Shown one piece after another: positions 37,101 to 46,175 of a stretch of DNA of 64,000 bases. This stretch comes from a virus: positions 10,388 through 74,387 of IMG/VR virus record IMGVR_UViG_3300028844_003737; one strand, given 5' to 3'. The translations under genes and the position numbers were made by a program. The notes below the pieces were generated by a model. The model ran no database searches. It worked only from the letters and a program-made list of their open reading frames with translations, and was not told the DNA's origin. How positions within the stretch are numbered: the stretch's first letter is position 1; each line of letters opens with the position of its first letter.

Positions 37101-40100
37101 GTTTTGCCAGACCAACAAGCGGTGATTATGCTAAATTCATAGAAAATGTAACAGCAAATGAATGGGAAAGGTTTGAAGTTGCTGTACCTGTTCATCCTAA
37201 TTGGAGATTGGGTGTTCCTGGATGGCAAGTTGTCTTTGAAGGAAATATAGGATCTAAACCTGGCATAGTATGGATGGATGATATTGATGTTAGATTTAGG
37301 TTGGATAGTCAATCTGTTGATCAATTAGTAAAAAAGCCATTTGTTGCTCAAATAAGTTCTGTAAATGAAACTGGAACACTGGTGGAATTAGATAAAACTT
37401 TTGAGGATGGAGCAATTGAAGTTAGCGATGATGATGATCCAGCAAATGCTTATTATCAAGATGGTGCTCAAGCAGGATCTTATACTGGATTTGAAGTAAC
37501 ATATACTATATTCAATCCAAGAGAACTTAGAACTTATTTGAAATTTGGAAACAATCATTATCTAACAACAAACTTTAGACAAGATAGAGCATCAGTTATA
37601 AAATGGCCACATTCTATAAATTTTAAAACTTACGAACCTTTACCACCAAGTATACAAAAGTTTTCCGAAGTTACAGTTGTAAAGGAAATGATTGAGCCAC
37701 TATCCGAAACCGTTAGAATTGTAAATTTTACAGACAGTCCTCTTGGAGATAGACTACTAAAGAGTCCTGATTTGAACAATGTAGACAGTCCTTTACAAAG
37801 AAGAACTACACAATTCAAAAATGAATCAGAAATTCTAACATCGGATTCAATAGTTTCAGCTGAACTTAAAAACAAAATAGTTTCTGCTAGTACAGATAGT
37901 GCTGAAATAAATGTTGACTACAGCAGATATGAAAATTTTAATAATTTTGGTTCCGTTGAGAGAAGAATTGAAAACTTCAAATATAAATTAGAACTAATTG
38001 AAAGTTATAACGCATCAAGTGCGTCTTTAGTTTCTATTTCAGGTTCTGGCGATAATAGAGATTTGTGGTTACAAAGAACAAATGAACTAAAAAATGACTT
38101 TGATGGATTTGAAAATTATATGTATCATATTAGTTCATCATATGTTAGCAGTTCATTGGGGCAATTTTATGATAATGCGTGGCCGAAAGTTAGTGGTGCT
38201 GGAACTTTAACAAGTCCATATGTATTAGCACACACTACTTCTTCACAAGCAACTACTTGGTTTGAAAAAAATGTAGTTTCGGCATCTTTATTCGATGAAG
38301 AGAATGGTAATAAATTAAGTGGGTTGTTACCACAGCATATAATTGACGATAACAGCAACACAGATTATCTAAAATTTACTGATATGATAGCACATCATTT
38401 TGATAATATATGGATTTACATAAAAGGATTGAGTGACACTTTTGATAGAAGAGATAAATTAGATGAAGGACTTTCTAAAGATTTATTATATAGTGTAGGT
38501 AGGTCTTTGGGATGGAATTTAAATGATAGTTCGGATACAGTTGAGTTATCCAGATTTCATTCAGGACACGAAGTATCAGGTTCAAGTTTATCTGTTTACT
38601 CTGAGGTTTCTCAGAAAGATATAACAAGAGAAATTTGGGGTCGTATAATAAACAACATGCCTTTCTTTCTAAAAAATAAAGGTACTGTAAAAGCATTGAA
38701 AGGACTCATAAATATTTATGGTATACCATCAACAATATTGAGAGTAAAGGAATATGGGGGTCCCGCTATATCAGATGATGAAGCACCACAATTTGAGATA
38801 ACAAGAAAATTTACAAAAGCATTAGATTTTAGGTCAAGTCAATTTGTAAAAGTAGCTTGGGCAAATGATACTGATTCGGAAAGAAAGCCTGATACTATAG
38901 AGTTTAGATTTAGAGCAGTCAGTAGTTCTAATCAAGTATTGGTAGAAAAGATAGGTAGTGACTTTACATCTAGCTTCAACATTAGTTTAAAAGATAATAA
39001 TTCCGCTGACAATTATGGTTATGTCGCATTTACCCTATCAGGCTCAGATGGTCAAAAACAGGTTCAAAGTGGTGAACTTCCTATATATGATGGAGATTTT
39101 TATTCTGTGATGTTGAGGAGAACTTCAGGCTCAGATTCAGCTGAGGTAACTCAATCATTTCAATTATCTGTTGGTAAATATGATTCTAGTAGAAGTAAGA
39201 TACATCTGTTTTCTGCAGCTACTATGTCTACAGATATTGCTGATTCAGGATCTTATAATCTTGCTTATGCTAATAATGGTACAATATTTATCGGTGGTGC
39301 TTCAAACACTACAAGAGGAGCTGCTTCTCAGACTGGCTCTTTTGGTGGTCAACTATCAGGTTCTATGATGGAGTATAGACATTGGACTGAAACATTGGGT
39401 GTAAAACAATTCAAAAATCATGTGGCTAATCCACAAGCATATAATGGAAATACTATATCATCATCATATGATAATTTAGTTTTGAGATACTCAATGAATG
39501 ATAACAAAGATTTGAGTTCTGATACTGGTGGGATTAGAGATGTAAGTTCAAATCAAACAGCAACATTGTCAGGATCACATAGTGGATTTACTGGTAACTT
39601 TTTCAGTAATGTTGTTGATGAATTACAATCTCATATACCAAGTATAGGTGCTTTGAGAAGAACTACTAAGAAAATACGAATAGAATCAAATAATATAAAA
39701 GATGGTCAGATTTTACAGAGAACTAAAAGAGTTACTAATAGTCAATATGATACAGCAGCTAATGACTCTAATAAATTAGGTATATTTTTTGCTCCTACTG
39801 ATGTTATAAATAATGATATTATACAATCTGTGGGTGATTTGAATTTTGAAAATTACTTAGGAGACCCAAGAGATAGGTTAGAAAATAGCTACAGAGGTCT
39901 AAAAGGTGTTGCTGATAATTACTGGCAAAAATACACCGAACCAAATAATTTTTGGGACTATATTAGATTACTGAAATACTACGATTCTTCTTTATTTCCA
40001 CAACTTAGAAAACTAATTCCTGCTAGAGCAAAAGCTGATATTGGAATATTAATTGAGCCAAATATATTTGAAAGGTCTAAGGTTGTAGCAGGAAAAGAAC

Positions 40101-40945
40101 CTGTAGTCACACAAGAAAATTATAGAGGTACGATAGATGTCAGTACAGACTTTATAGCTATAACATCATCTTATAATGCGGGTGTTAGTGTTAGTACATT
40201 TGATGCTTATTCAGATACTATCAGTATATCAAGAACAACTGAGTCAGGATCTATAATAACTGCTACTGGTTCATATGATACATACAATGGTACAATCGAT
40301 GAACTAAAAGCGAGAAATTTTGATATAAGTATTTTTCAAAAATTAGGTAATGTTGGATTATATTCTAATGTAACTATGTCTCTTGAATCCGACACTTTGA
40401 ATGGAGTAGTAGAAGTTCATCAGCCTGTTATTTCAGGATCAAGAATATATGGAAGAAATCAAAAGCAAATGAAATTCTATACCACCGAAGCTAGTCATTC
40501 ACTAAACTTGTTTAACTCTTCTTCTTTCTATAATGTAGACTTAGATAATTTAGCAGACCATTCACAAGCCAAACTAAATTCTTTTTATTCTGGCGTAAAG
40601 AATACTTCAAAGACTACAATCGATGGTGGAAGACCAGTTGAAATTACAATAACATCTCCAACTAAACTTGTCACACAAGAAAGTGGAGAATCTACTTTGG
40701 AAACTGGTGATGGTAAGGTATCTAACTTCAAATTCAAAGATAAGAAAAAGAAGAAAAAAATCAAGAAAGTAAGTAAGAAAGGATTCCTTGCTAGTGGTAT
40801 GCCTGATGTAAAGGAAATTGAAAAACAGAGAAAAATGTTTTCAAAGCCTAAGGATAGATTTGTTGAGGTGAAAGGCGAATCATCAAAGAATATATCTAAG
40901 AAAAAAGATGATGAAATACAGAGAGATGAGGAAAATGAGAAATAA
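34106..40945 (+). CDS. large baseplate/tail structural protein (2279 aa; gp7-like core, LamG-like domain)
   Basis: FFLKNKGTVKALKGLINIYG wedge-type motif; TIEFRFR...EYRHW LamG-like pattern; context. Confidence 0.75.
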   Translation: MSSKLTNIDKQLLDAGNEIRIGNKPYENGIFGSNPNRDTIELTIFNTSGGLIDSITKSFSDIQFDNDDKLLLRPVADLTLAGLESGTYDLQYRFLRKLAGSEDDVLVRTVPNEQGKFDIFEDVESIDITDDGKIFEKIGSDRGQELQLKKMTLLVDAVSPSRTEIRIKASDVNGRGNFEDFSRLGESVRRTEVPTGIVQFGTGGDENFITNTNVMTLTPEDGGFIFTPRMVGGTLYVKDVYHTSTITTTPTTENNIVTDQEQLRKDDYGEVIKYGESLPWDSNLHANAVRPLGDWSAGYLQWYANSELWGNSTHLGYWGHWVQGEGRDGGVCFKFPDINQSFAEDFTAWPLENPHRGLMLSHTFKDKSLEVLGVTGEDSILISGYIKSNVNNKQIRITTKFPQDLLSEAEPDSPPEGFFVEGSPLLEEKPSSPPDNYNPLTIEAAQSIENVPAIAIMENGYSTGMNITAFLNAREGYGWSVGQTPNVATGNDSTQLNRKSPPRPATYGTGVWKLHIETDQSEAVISLELNHSWGDANGYSNGAGTLSEGGDWKWDGEQWTGYPIATEVEPIVGHDSNGGVYRTVNPNQFPTAVNAHPYRQSEELVQTRRPLFERSLPSSTGFEYGCTIGKAFYAWLLDGRWEVNSTIINRGDISVKYVMLGKQDLIWITKVNQSSSDKVLLRTWDEVFPQLRTSYIDREVDGETKQVSIYEDIFEFGFVQSIVPAQHRNKNVTVMGSFHIFYNDGNGNNKSFRVDTFRSGTNTISSTLSNNTIYPNIGSDRVYNIRDLDEPFDNTINDNDSKVKWTVNRDDGDFRFYAFVGNQYYRVDDGDGDLYEINESDSNWFKDDYPRTINEDGFEDFIQNPDVVFERDLTPNESDWTKWGIIKGSQYYKQEDDKHVLISTFDEAFIGAGTVQSGGEELVVGTRNPGKDNWLLDDEGNTLPNVPYIDNGSGNLIIGMTSDRIGTVSPEEQWIWTGPDDASSVHYWKYSGPMPPQYSFARPTSGDYAKFIENVTANEWERFEVAVPVHPNWRLGVPGWQVVFEGNIGSKPGIVWMDDIDVRFRLDSQSVDQLVKKPFVAQISSVNETGTLVELDKTFEDGAIEVSDDDDPANAYYQDGAQAGSYTGFEVTYTIFNPRELRTYLKFGNNHYLTTNFRQDRASVIKWPHSINFKTYEPLPPSIQKFSEVTVVKEMIEPLSETVRIVNFTDSPLGDRLLKSPDLNNVDSPLQRRTTQFKNESEILTSDSIVSAELKNKIVSASTDSAEINVDYSRYENFNNFGSVERRIENFKYKLELIESYNASSASLVSISGSGDNRDLWLQRTNELKNDFDGFENYMYHISSSYVSSSLGQFYDNAWPKVSGAGTLTSPYVLAHTTSSQATTWFEKNVVSASLFDEENGNKLSGLLPQHIIDDNSNTDYLKFTDMIAHHFDNIWIYIKGLSDTFDRRDKLDEGLSKDLLYSVGRSLGWNLNDSSDTVELSRFHSGHEVSGSSLSVYSEVSQKDITREIWGRIINNMPFFLKNKGTVKALKGLINIYGIPSTILRVKEYGGPAISDDEAPQFEITRKFTKALDFRSSQFVKVAWANDTDSERKPDTIEFRFRAVSSSNQVLVEKIGSDFTSSFNISLKDNNSADNYGYVAFTLSGSDGQKQVQSGELPIYDGDFYSVMLRRTSGSDSAEVTQSFQLSVGKYDSSRSKIHLFSAATMSTDIADSGSYNLAYANNGTIFIGGASNTTRGAASQTGSFGGQLSGSMMEYRHWTETLGVKQFKNHVANPQAYNGNTISSSYDNLVLRYSMNDNKDLSSDTGGIRDVSSNQTATLSGSHSGFTGNFFSNVVDELQSHIPSIGALRRTTKKIRIESNNIKDGQILQRTKRVTNSQYDTAANDSNKLGIFFAPTDVINNDIIQSVGDLNFENYLGDPRDRLENSYRGLKGVADNYWQKYTEPNNFWDYIRLLKYYDSSLFPQLRKLIPARAKADIGILIEPNIFERSKVVAGKEPVVTQENYRGTIDVSTDFIAITSSYNAGVSVSTFDAYSDTISISRTTESGSIITATGSYDTYNGTIDELKARNFDISIFQKLGNVGLYSNVTMSLESDTLNGVVEVHQPVISGSRIYGRNQKQMKFYTTEASHSLNLFNSSSFYNVDLDNLADHSQAKLNSFYSGVKNTSKTTIDGGRPVEITITSPTKLVTQESGESTLETGDGKVSNFKFKDKKKKKKIKKVSKKGFLASGMPDVKEIEKQRKMFSKPKDRFVEVKGESSKNISKKKDDEIQRDEENEK

Positions 40946-41023
40946 AAAAATGAAAAATTTAATATTGTGATATTTATATATGATACCACAATCCAAACAT
41001 ACAAAAAATATTAGGAGTAAGAT

Positions 41024-41701
41024 ATGGGATTCTTAAACAACGCTACCATAACCGTAGACGCTATACTCACTAAAAAAGGTAGGGAGTTGCTAGCTCAGGG
41101 AACTGATGCTTTCAATATTACAAAATTTGCTCTATCTGATGATGAGGTGGACTACAGACTTTGGGATGTAACGCATCCTAACGGAAGTGACTTTTATGGT
41201 AAAACAATTGAAAATATGCCACTATTAGAAGCTTTTTCTGATGAGAATCATGTAATGAGGTATAAATTGGTAACACTACCAAAGAATACAGCTAGAATGC
41301 CGGTTCTCAATGTAAATCCAAACTCAGTAACATTTACTGCAGCTGGTGGATTGAATCAGTCAGCTATTGTGGTACAAGCTACAACAACAAATGTAAACGA
41401 CACAAGTTATACATTCATACTACATGATCAATCTGTAGTAACTATGAATGTGGCTACAGGAGGTGGTGCTGGAGCACCAGGTGCTACTACACCTTTCTTT
41501 TTAGGAGAAGATGATGCACCAAATAGTAAAACTGTAGTTGCTAATTCTGTTAGATTAAGTTTACTACCTTTACCTCAGTCAACTCCTGTAGGTGGTAAGT
41601 CAACACAACTAACAGTTATTGGAAATGATACTGGTGCTACGAGTTCGATAACAATTACTAACGCGGTCAGATTGACTGGTACGTTGACAGCCGCAGGTTA
41701 A
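41024..41701 (+). CDS. virion structural protein
   Basis: DAILTKKGRELLA...ITKFALSDDEVDY, similar to tail-collar/fibre N-termini. Confidence 0.75.
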   Translation: MGFLNNATITVDAILTKKGRELLAQGTDAFNITKFALSDDEVDYRLWDVTHPNGSDFYGKTIENMPLLEAFSDENHVMRYKLVTLPKNTARMPVLNVNPNSVTFTAAGGLNQSAIVVQATTTNVNDTSYTFILHDQSVVTMNVATGGGAGAPGATTPFFLGEDDAPNSKTVVANSVRLSLLPLPQSTPVGGKSTQLTVIGNDTGATSSITITNAVRLTGTLTAAG

Positions 41702-41711
41702 GGAGTAGATA

Positions 41712-42734
41712 ATGGCAATTTATAAATTATTCAATTCCGATAGTGATGTAATAAGTAACGTAAAAGATACTGTTTCCTCAGGAATGTGGGAAAATGGTTC
41801 AGGAACATTAACTGCTTTTTACACATCATCAGTTCAATCAGGTAGTTCTGGCGAACATTATTTAGATGTTTTCGGATCTCCATCAACTACAACAGCTAGA
41901 AAAACTCAATTTTCAGTAGCCTTTGGTCACTTCAATGGAAGTGGTTCTTTAGGTGCTAAAGGAGTCGATGGTAATAGAGCATCTGCTGTTATATATCGTC
42001 AATTATCAAATACTTTATTAGGTCCTAACGAAAACCAATTTACTTTTGCTGGTAGTGGAGACCATACAACACCAAAGTATGTGTATGCTTTATCTGTTAG
42101 CAGAGAGTTTTTGAGAGAAAAAATGGATCCAGGCAATTGGGAGCTAAGATTAGGTAATGCTGGTGGTAAAACTTTACGATTTATTGACGATAGTGGTGCT
42201 ACTACTAATCCAACTGTAAATCAAGGTGGTAGAGTATTCAATATTGTTAGTGGTTCTATTGCTAGTGGTGTTGCTGTAACTAAGACAACAGCAGCTAATC
42301 AACAGGGTGGTGCTTATGGACTATTTTATCCTGATTTGGGAATATTGATATTCAATGGACCTGTACTAAATACAAGTGCTTCCTTGGCTACTAATATTAC
42401 TTCCAATACAAACGGAGACAATTCATTCAAATTATTTTCAAAGATTGCATCTGGTTCTCACTTTCAGGCTCGTAGAGAAGAAGTGATTACTTCACAGCAT
42501 TATTTCGTGAGAGTACCTAATCAGGAATTTAATTTTAGTTCTAATCCAACTTTTGCTACAGCATCAGATGGTTCGTTTTCTGTTCCAAGCTATTATAAAA
42601 ATCCAAAGTCTTTTGTAACGCAAGTGGGATTGTATAATGACTCTAATGAATTGTTAGCAGTTGCTAAATTAAGTAAACCACTATTGAAATCGTTTTCGAG
42701 AGAAGCTCTTATAAAAGTCAAATTAGATTTCTAA
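41712..42734 (+). CDS. virion structural protein
   Basis: C-terminal VTQVGLYNDSNELLAVAKLSKPL. Confidence 0.75.
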   Translation: MAIYKLFNSDSDVISNVKDTVSSGMWENGSGTLTAFYTSSVQSGSSGEHYLDVFGSPSTTTARKTQFSVAFGHFNGSGSLGAKGVDGNRASAVIYRQLSNTLLGPNENQFTFAGSGDHTTPKYVYALSVSREFLREKMDPGNWELRLGNAGGKTLRFIDDSGATTNPTVNQGGRVFNIVSGSIASGVAVTKTTAANQQGGAYGLFYPDLGILIFNGPVLNTSASLATNITSNTNGDNSFKLFSKIASGSHFQARREEVITSQHYFVRVPNQEFNFSSNPTFATASDGSFSVPSYYKNPKSFVTQVGLYNDSNELLAVAKLSKPLLKSFSREALIKVKLDF

Positions 42735-42752
42735 ACTGGGAGATATTAGGTC

Positions 42753-43775
42753 ATGTTTAAGACACTAGACCCAGGCGATATAAGAATAACACCATTCAAA
42801 GTTGGTAAGGAATTTACTGTTTCCAATACTGATAGTGGGAGTGGTGTATATTCATTTAGAGCAATTAGTGGCAGTTTACATAACTTTCTAACAGGTTCTG
42901 CTAATGTAAAAGTTTATCCAAATAGTGCTTCATTCTATTCAGGTCCTTCTTGGGCTATGATAAATAAAATGTATTATAATCAGATAAATGCGTCTACACC
43001 AAAGGACTGGACGGAACTGAATCCATACGATAACTTTGGTGCTAATAATGATAAACAATATAGACACTTACATAAATCAGCATCAATAATTTCTGTTCCT
43101 CAAAATTTATTTGGTGAGAGAATAAAACCAAAATCTATTACGTTGTCAGATGACAGCGGAGAGACTACGCTAACTATAAAAGACGATGGTGATGGTAATT
43201 TATATGATAATAATTATTCAGCTTCATATGCTAAATTTAGAAGTGGTAGTTTAGCTAATGGGAAATTTGATTTTACTCAAATAACAGCTACTACAGGATC
43301 TGTAGTTGGTAATGTTTTTTACGAACACGGCATAATTGTTATGACAGATACTGGAAGTAAGTATATCGATGTTGGTCAGAAAGAAGGTACTGATGGATTT
43401 TCTTTGAGATATAAAGCTCAACAAACTATTAGAGAGTATGAATATACTTGTGTAGTTGGTGAAAATGAATTCAATGGTACGATGAACATAACTGCTACTA
43501 AAGAACGAAGTGGTAGTATAAGTGTTACAGGTGCTGATGCGTGGAAATTGTTTCCACCAGGACATGCAACTGCTAAATCAGGCTCATTTAATAATTCATA
43601 TACAGCTGCTGATTCATATGAAAATTTCGTCACACATTCCGAATTTAGACCATATGTAACTAAAGTTGGGTTGTATAACGACTTCAACCAACTTATAGCG
43701 ATAGGACAACTATCAGCACCCATAAAGAACGAAAAGGATCTGTCTTTGGGAATTGTTGTTAGGTTCGATTTATAG
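42753..43775 (+). CDS. virion structural protein (paralogue of previous gene)
   Basis: C-terminal VTKVGLYNDFNQLIAIGQLSAPI; shared DDSG motif. Confidence 0.75.
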   Translation: MFKTLDPGDIRITPFKVGKEFTVSNTDSGSGVYSFRAISGSLHNFLTGSANVKVYPNSASFYSGPSWAMINKMYYNQINASTPKDWTELNPYDNFGANNDKQYRHLHKSASIISVPQNLFGERIKPKSITLSDDSGETTLTIKDDGDGNLYDNNYSASYAKFRSGSLANGKFDFTQITATTGSVVGNVFYEHGIIVMTDTGSKYIDVGQKEGTDGFSLRYKAQQTIREYEYTCVVGENEFNGTMNITATKERSGSISVTGADAWKLFPPGHATAKSGSFNNSYTAADSYENFVTHSEFRPYVTKVGLYNDFNQLIAIGQLSAPIKNEKDLSLGIVVRFDL

Positions 43776-44494
43776 TGGGTAAATTTAAGAAACTGTGGGA
43801 AGTATCTAATGTTCCAGGCTATTCTGCTGATTCAGGTGAACCTGATACTGGATTTATAAAAGGTAAAGAGAAAAGAACTTTAGGTATATTACAAGGAAGA
43901 CCTGAACCTTGGTATGAAAGGGGTGGTTACACTCAAACTTCTTTTCCAGAAGCTGATTTCATTTATGGTGAAGATGGAGAGGAACAATTTAGTGTAACTA
44001 AAACAGCATTCGTCAATGATATCAATGATGATTTTGAAGCACATTTTGAAAGTTGGGAAGATTGGATTGCTGATGAAGATTTTGAGACACAAAATACTGA
44101 TAAAATTGAAGAGTCAAATTACAGTAAAGCTATGAAGTTTAGTTTATTGGAAAGAATAGATTATTTAGATGTAGCTACAAACTTAGTAAAGCAGTATGGG
44201 CTGAAGTCTAAAGTAAAGTTTGGAAGCGGAAAAGATTTTGGAGAGTATGTACCTGAAATAGATACTGTAACTCTAAGAAGGTCATACCCATCTGTAAAAG
44301 AGTTCCTATTGACAATACTGCATGAAATAGGTCATGCACTTGATGCTAAAAGATTAGGAGTCAAAAAGTATATAAAAAAATATACTCAGGCTGGAACAAT
44401 GGCTACCTACAAAGGATTAGACCCACATGACGATAATAAGTGGGAAGAGAAGGCTGAAAGATTTGCAAGAAAAGAATTATCTAAGTGGTTGTAA
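43775..44494 (+). CDS. zincin metallopeptidase-domain protein
   Basis: TILHEIGHALD...WEEKAERFA. Confidence 0.75.
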   Translation: MGKFKKLWEVSNVPGYSADSGEPDTGFIKGKEKRTLGILQGRPEPWYERGGYTQTSFPEADFIYGEDGEEQFSVTKTAFVNDINDDFEAHFESWEDWIADEDFETQNTDKIEESNYSKAMKFSLLERIDYLDVATNLVKQYGLKSKVKFGSGKDFGEYVPEIDTVTLRRSYPSVKEFLLTILHEIGHALDAKRLGVKKYIKKYTQAGTMATYKGLDPHDDNKWEEKAERFARKELSKWL

Positions 44495-44700
44495 AATATT
44501 TTTGATTAACAAATAATTCTGTAATATATATTACTAATAATATTATTAATTTCTGGTTATATAAAAAATCACAGAAAGTTTTTTATACAAGAACCGTTTG
44601 ACCTTTTTGACAAATAATGGCTTAAGTACTTAACCAGGTAGCAAGCAAGATAAGCAAGGCAAGCAAGACAAGTATTAACAAGTACCAGGAAGAAATAATA
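44495..44700. other. candidate replication origin/regulatory region
   Basis: AT-rich; perfect palindrome TTAAGTACTTAA 44622-44633; tandem (G)CAAG repeats 44641-44682; upstream of resolvase and primase. Confidence 0.4.
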
Positions 44701-44709
44701 GAGATAAAT

Positions 44710-45063
44710 ATGAAAACAAGAAGCGCAAAGAACAAAGGTAAGAGATTACAAAATAATGTAAGAGACTTACTATTAGAAACATTTTCAGACTTAGAACCAG
44801 ATGACATTGGTTCACAAATAATGGGAGTGAGTGGTGAGGATATCGTCCTTTCTCCTGCAGCTCGTAGACTAATACCATATTCATTTGAGTGTAAGAATCA
44901 AGAAAAACTAAATATTTGGGATTCTTTACAACAAGCAGAAAAAAATTGTGGTGTTTACGATCCTGTATTGATATTTAAAAGAAACAGAAGTAAGACATAT
45001 GCTGTCATAAACATTGAGAAATTTATAGAACTAATAAATGAAAATAACAAATCTACTAAATAG
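44710..45063 (+). CDS. Holliday junction resolvase-like PD-(D/E)xK nuclease
   Basis: SAKNKGKRLQN, GEDI, FECKNQE, PVLIFKRNR. Confidence 0.8.
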   Translation: MKTRSAKNKGKRLQNNVRDLLLETFSDLEPDDIGSQIMGVSGEDIVLSPAARRLIPYSFECKNQEKLNIWDSLQQAEKNCGVYDPVLIFKRNRSKTYAVINIEKFIELINENNKSTK

Positions 45064-45985
45064 AGTAATAGGTAACAATGGTAGGCCTGTAAAGAAACTA
45101 AATGAATATGTTTGGTGGTCTCCATTTGTACATCATCATAAACCAAAACTACAGATAAATGTAAAAACTGGCAAATGGCATTGTTGGGTTTCTAATCAAG
45201 GTGGACATAACCTATTTCAGTTACTCAAAAAACTAAAAGCTAGTAGAGAACACTTTGAAGAACTATCAGAATTAGTTGGCTCCCCAAAAAAATCACTATC
45301 ACTATCATCAAATCGTGATGATGTCAAGCAAAAAGTTCTAAGATTACCTGATGAGTACAAGCCACTTTGGGAAAGTGATAATAGTATTGTCAAAAAACAC
45401 GCATTAGTACATTTGAAAAAAAGAAAGATAGAGATGTGTGATATTATTAGATACAATATTGGTTATTGTGAAAGTGGCTTATATGGAAATAGAATAATCG
45501 TACCATCTTATGATGATACTGGAGAACTAAACTATTTTATAGCCAGAAGTATTTTTGATGGCGGGATGAAATACAAAAATCCACCAGTATCTAAAGATGT
45601 TGTTGGTTTGGATTTATTTATAAATTGGGACGAGCCTATTGTATTATGTGAGGGTATATTTGATGCTATAGCCATAAAAAGAAATGCTATTCCATTATTT
45701 GGTAAAACTCTACCAAATTCGCTAATGAAAAAAATATACGAAAAAAAGGTCAATGAGATATATATATTATTAGACAACGATGCCGTAAAAGACTCAATAA
45801 GAATTACAGACAAACTTATGAGAAATGGTATAAATGTTTATTATGTTAAACTAACAGATAAAGATCCATCAGATATGGGATTTGAATCAGTTACAAATCT
45901 TATAAAAGGTGTAGGCAAAACAACTTTTTCTGATTTTATTAGGATGAGGCTAAATGGTAAGAAAAAACGATATATGGAAATTTAA
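45038..45985 (+). CDS. DNA primase (TOPRIM)
   Basis: SPF.HHHKPKL..WHCWV, RIIVP, LCEGIFDA, LDND, KDPSD. Confidence 0.88.
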   Translation: MKITNLLNRVIGNNGRPVKKLNEYVWWSPFVHHHKPKLQINVKTGKWHCWVSNQGGHNLFQLLKKLKASREHFEELSELVGSPKKSLSLSSNRDDVKQKVLRLPDEYKPLWESDNSIVKKHALVHLKKRKIEMCDIIRYNIGYCESGLYGNRIIVPSYDDTGELNYFIARSIFDGGMKYKNPPVSKDVVGLDLFINWDEPIVLCEGIFDAIAIKRNAIPLFGKTLPNSLMKKIYEKKVNEIYILLDNDAVKDSIRITDKLMRNGINVYYVKLTDKDPSDMGFESVTNLIKGVGKTTFSDFIRMRLNGKKKRYMEI

Positions 45986-46175
45986 CGATGGTGAGTGGAA
46001 AGTACACTTTACAGATAAAGAACTTTGTAAAAAAGTAAAAATAAATTTTGATTTGGGAAAATCTGTGACTATTTATTATGAGAGTGGTTCTTTTAAGAAA
46101 GAAACTGCTTGGGATATTATAGTACCAGACAATAAAATAACAAAAGTGAAAAAATTCATAAAGGATAATTCTTGA
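45954..46175 (+). CDS. hypothetical protein
   Basis: ORF coupled between primase and nuclease. Confidence 0.6.
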   Translation: MVRKNDIWKFNDGEWKVHFTDKELCKKVKINFDLGKSVTIYYESGSFKKETAWDIIVPDNKITKVKKFIKDNS

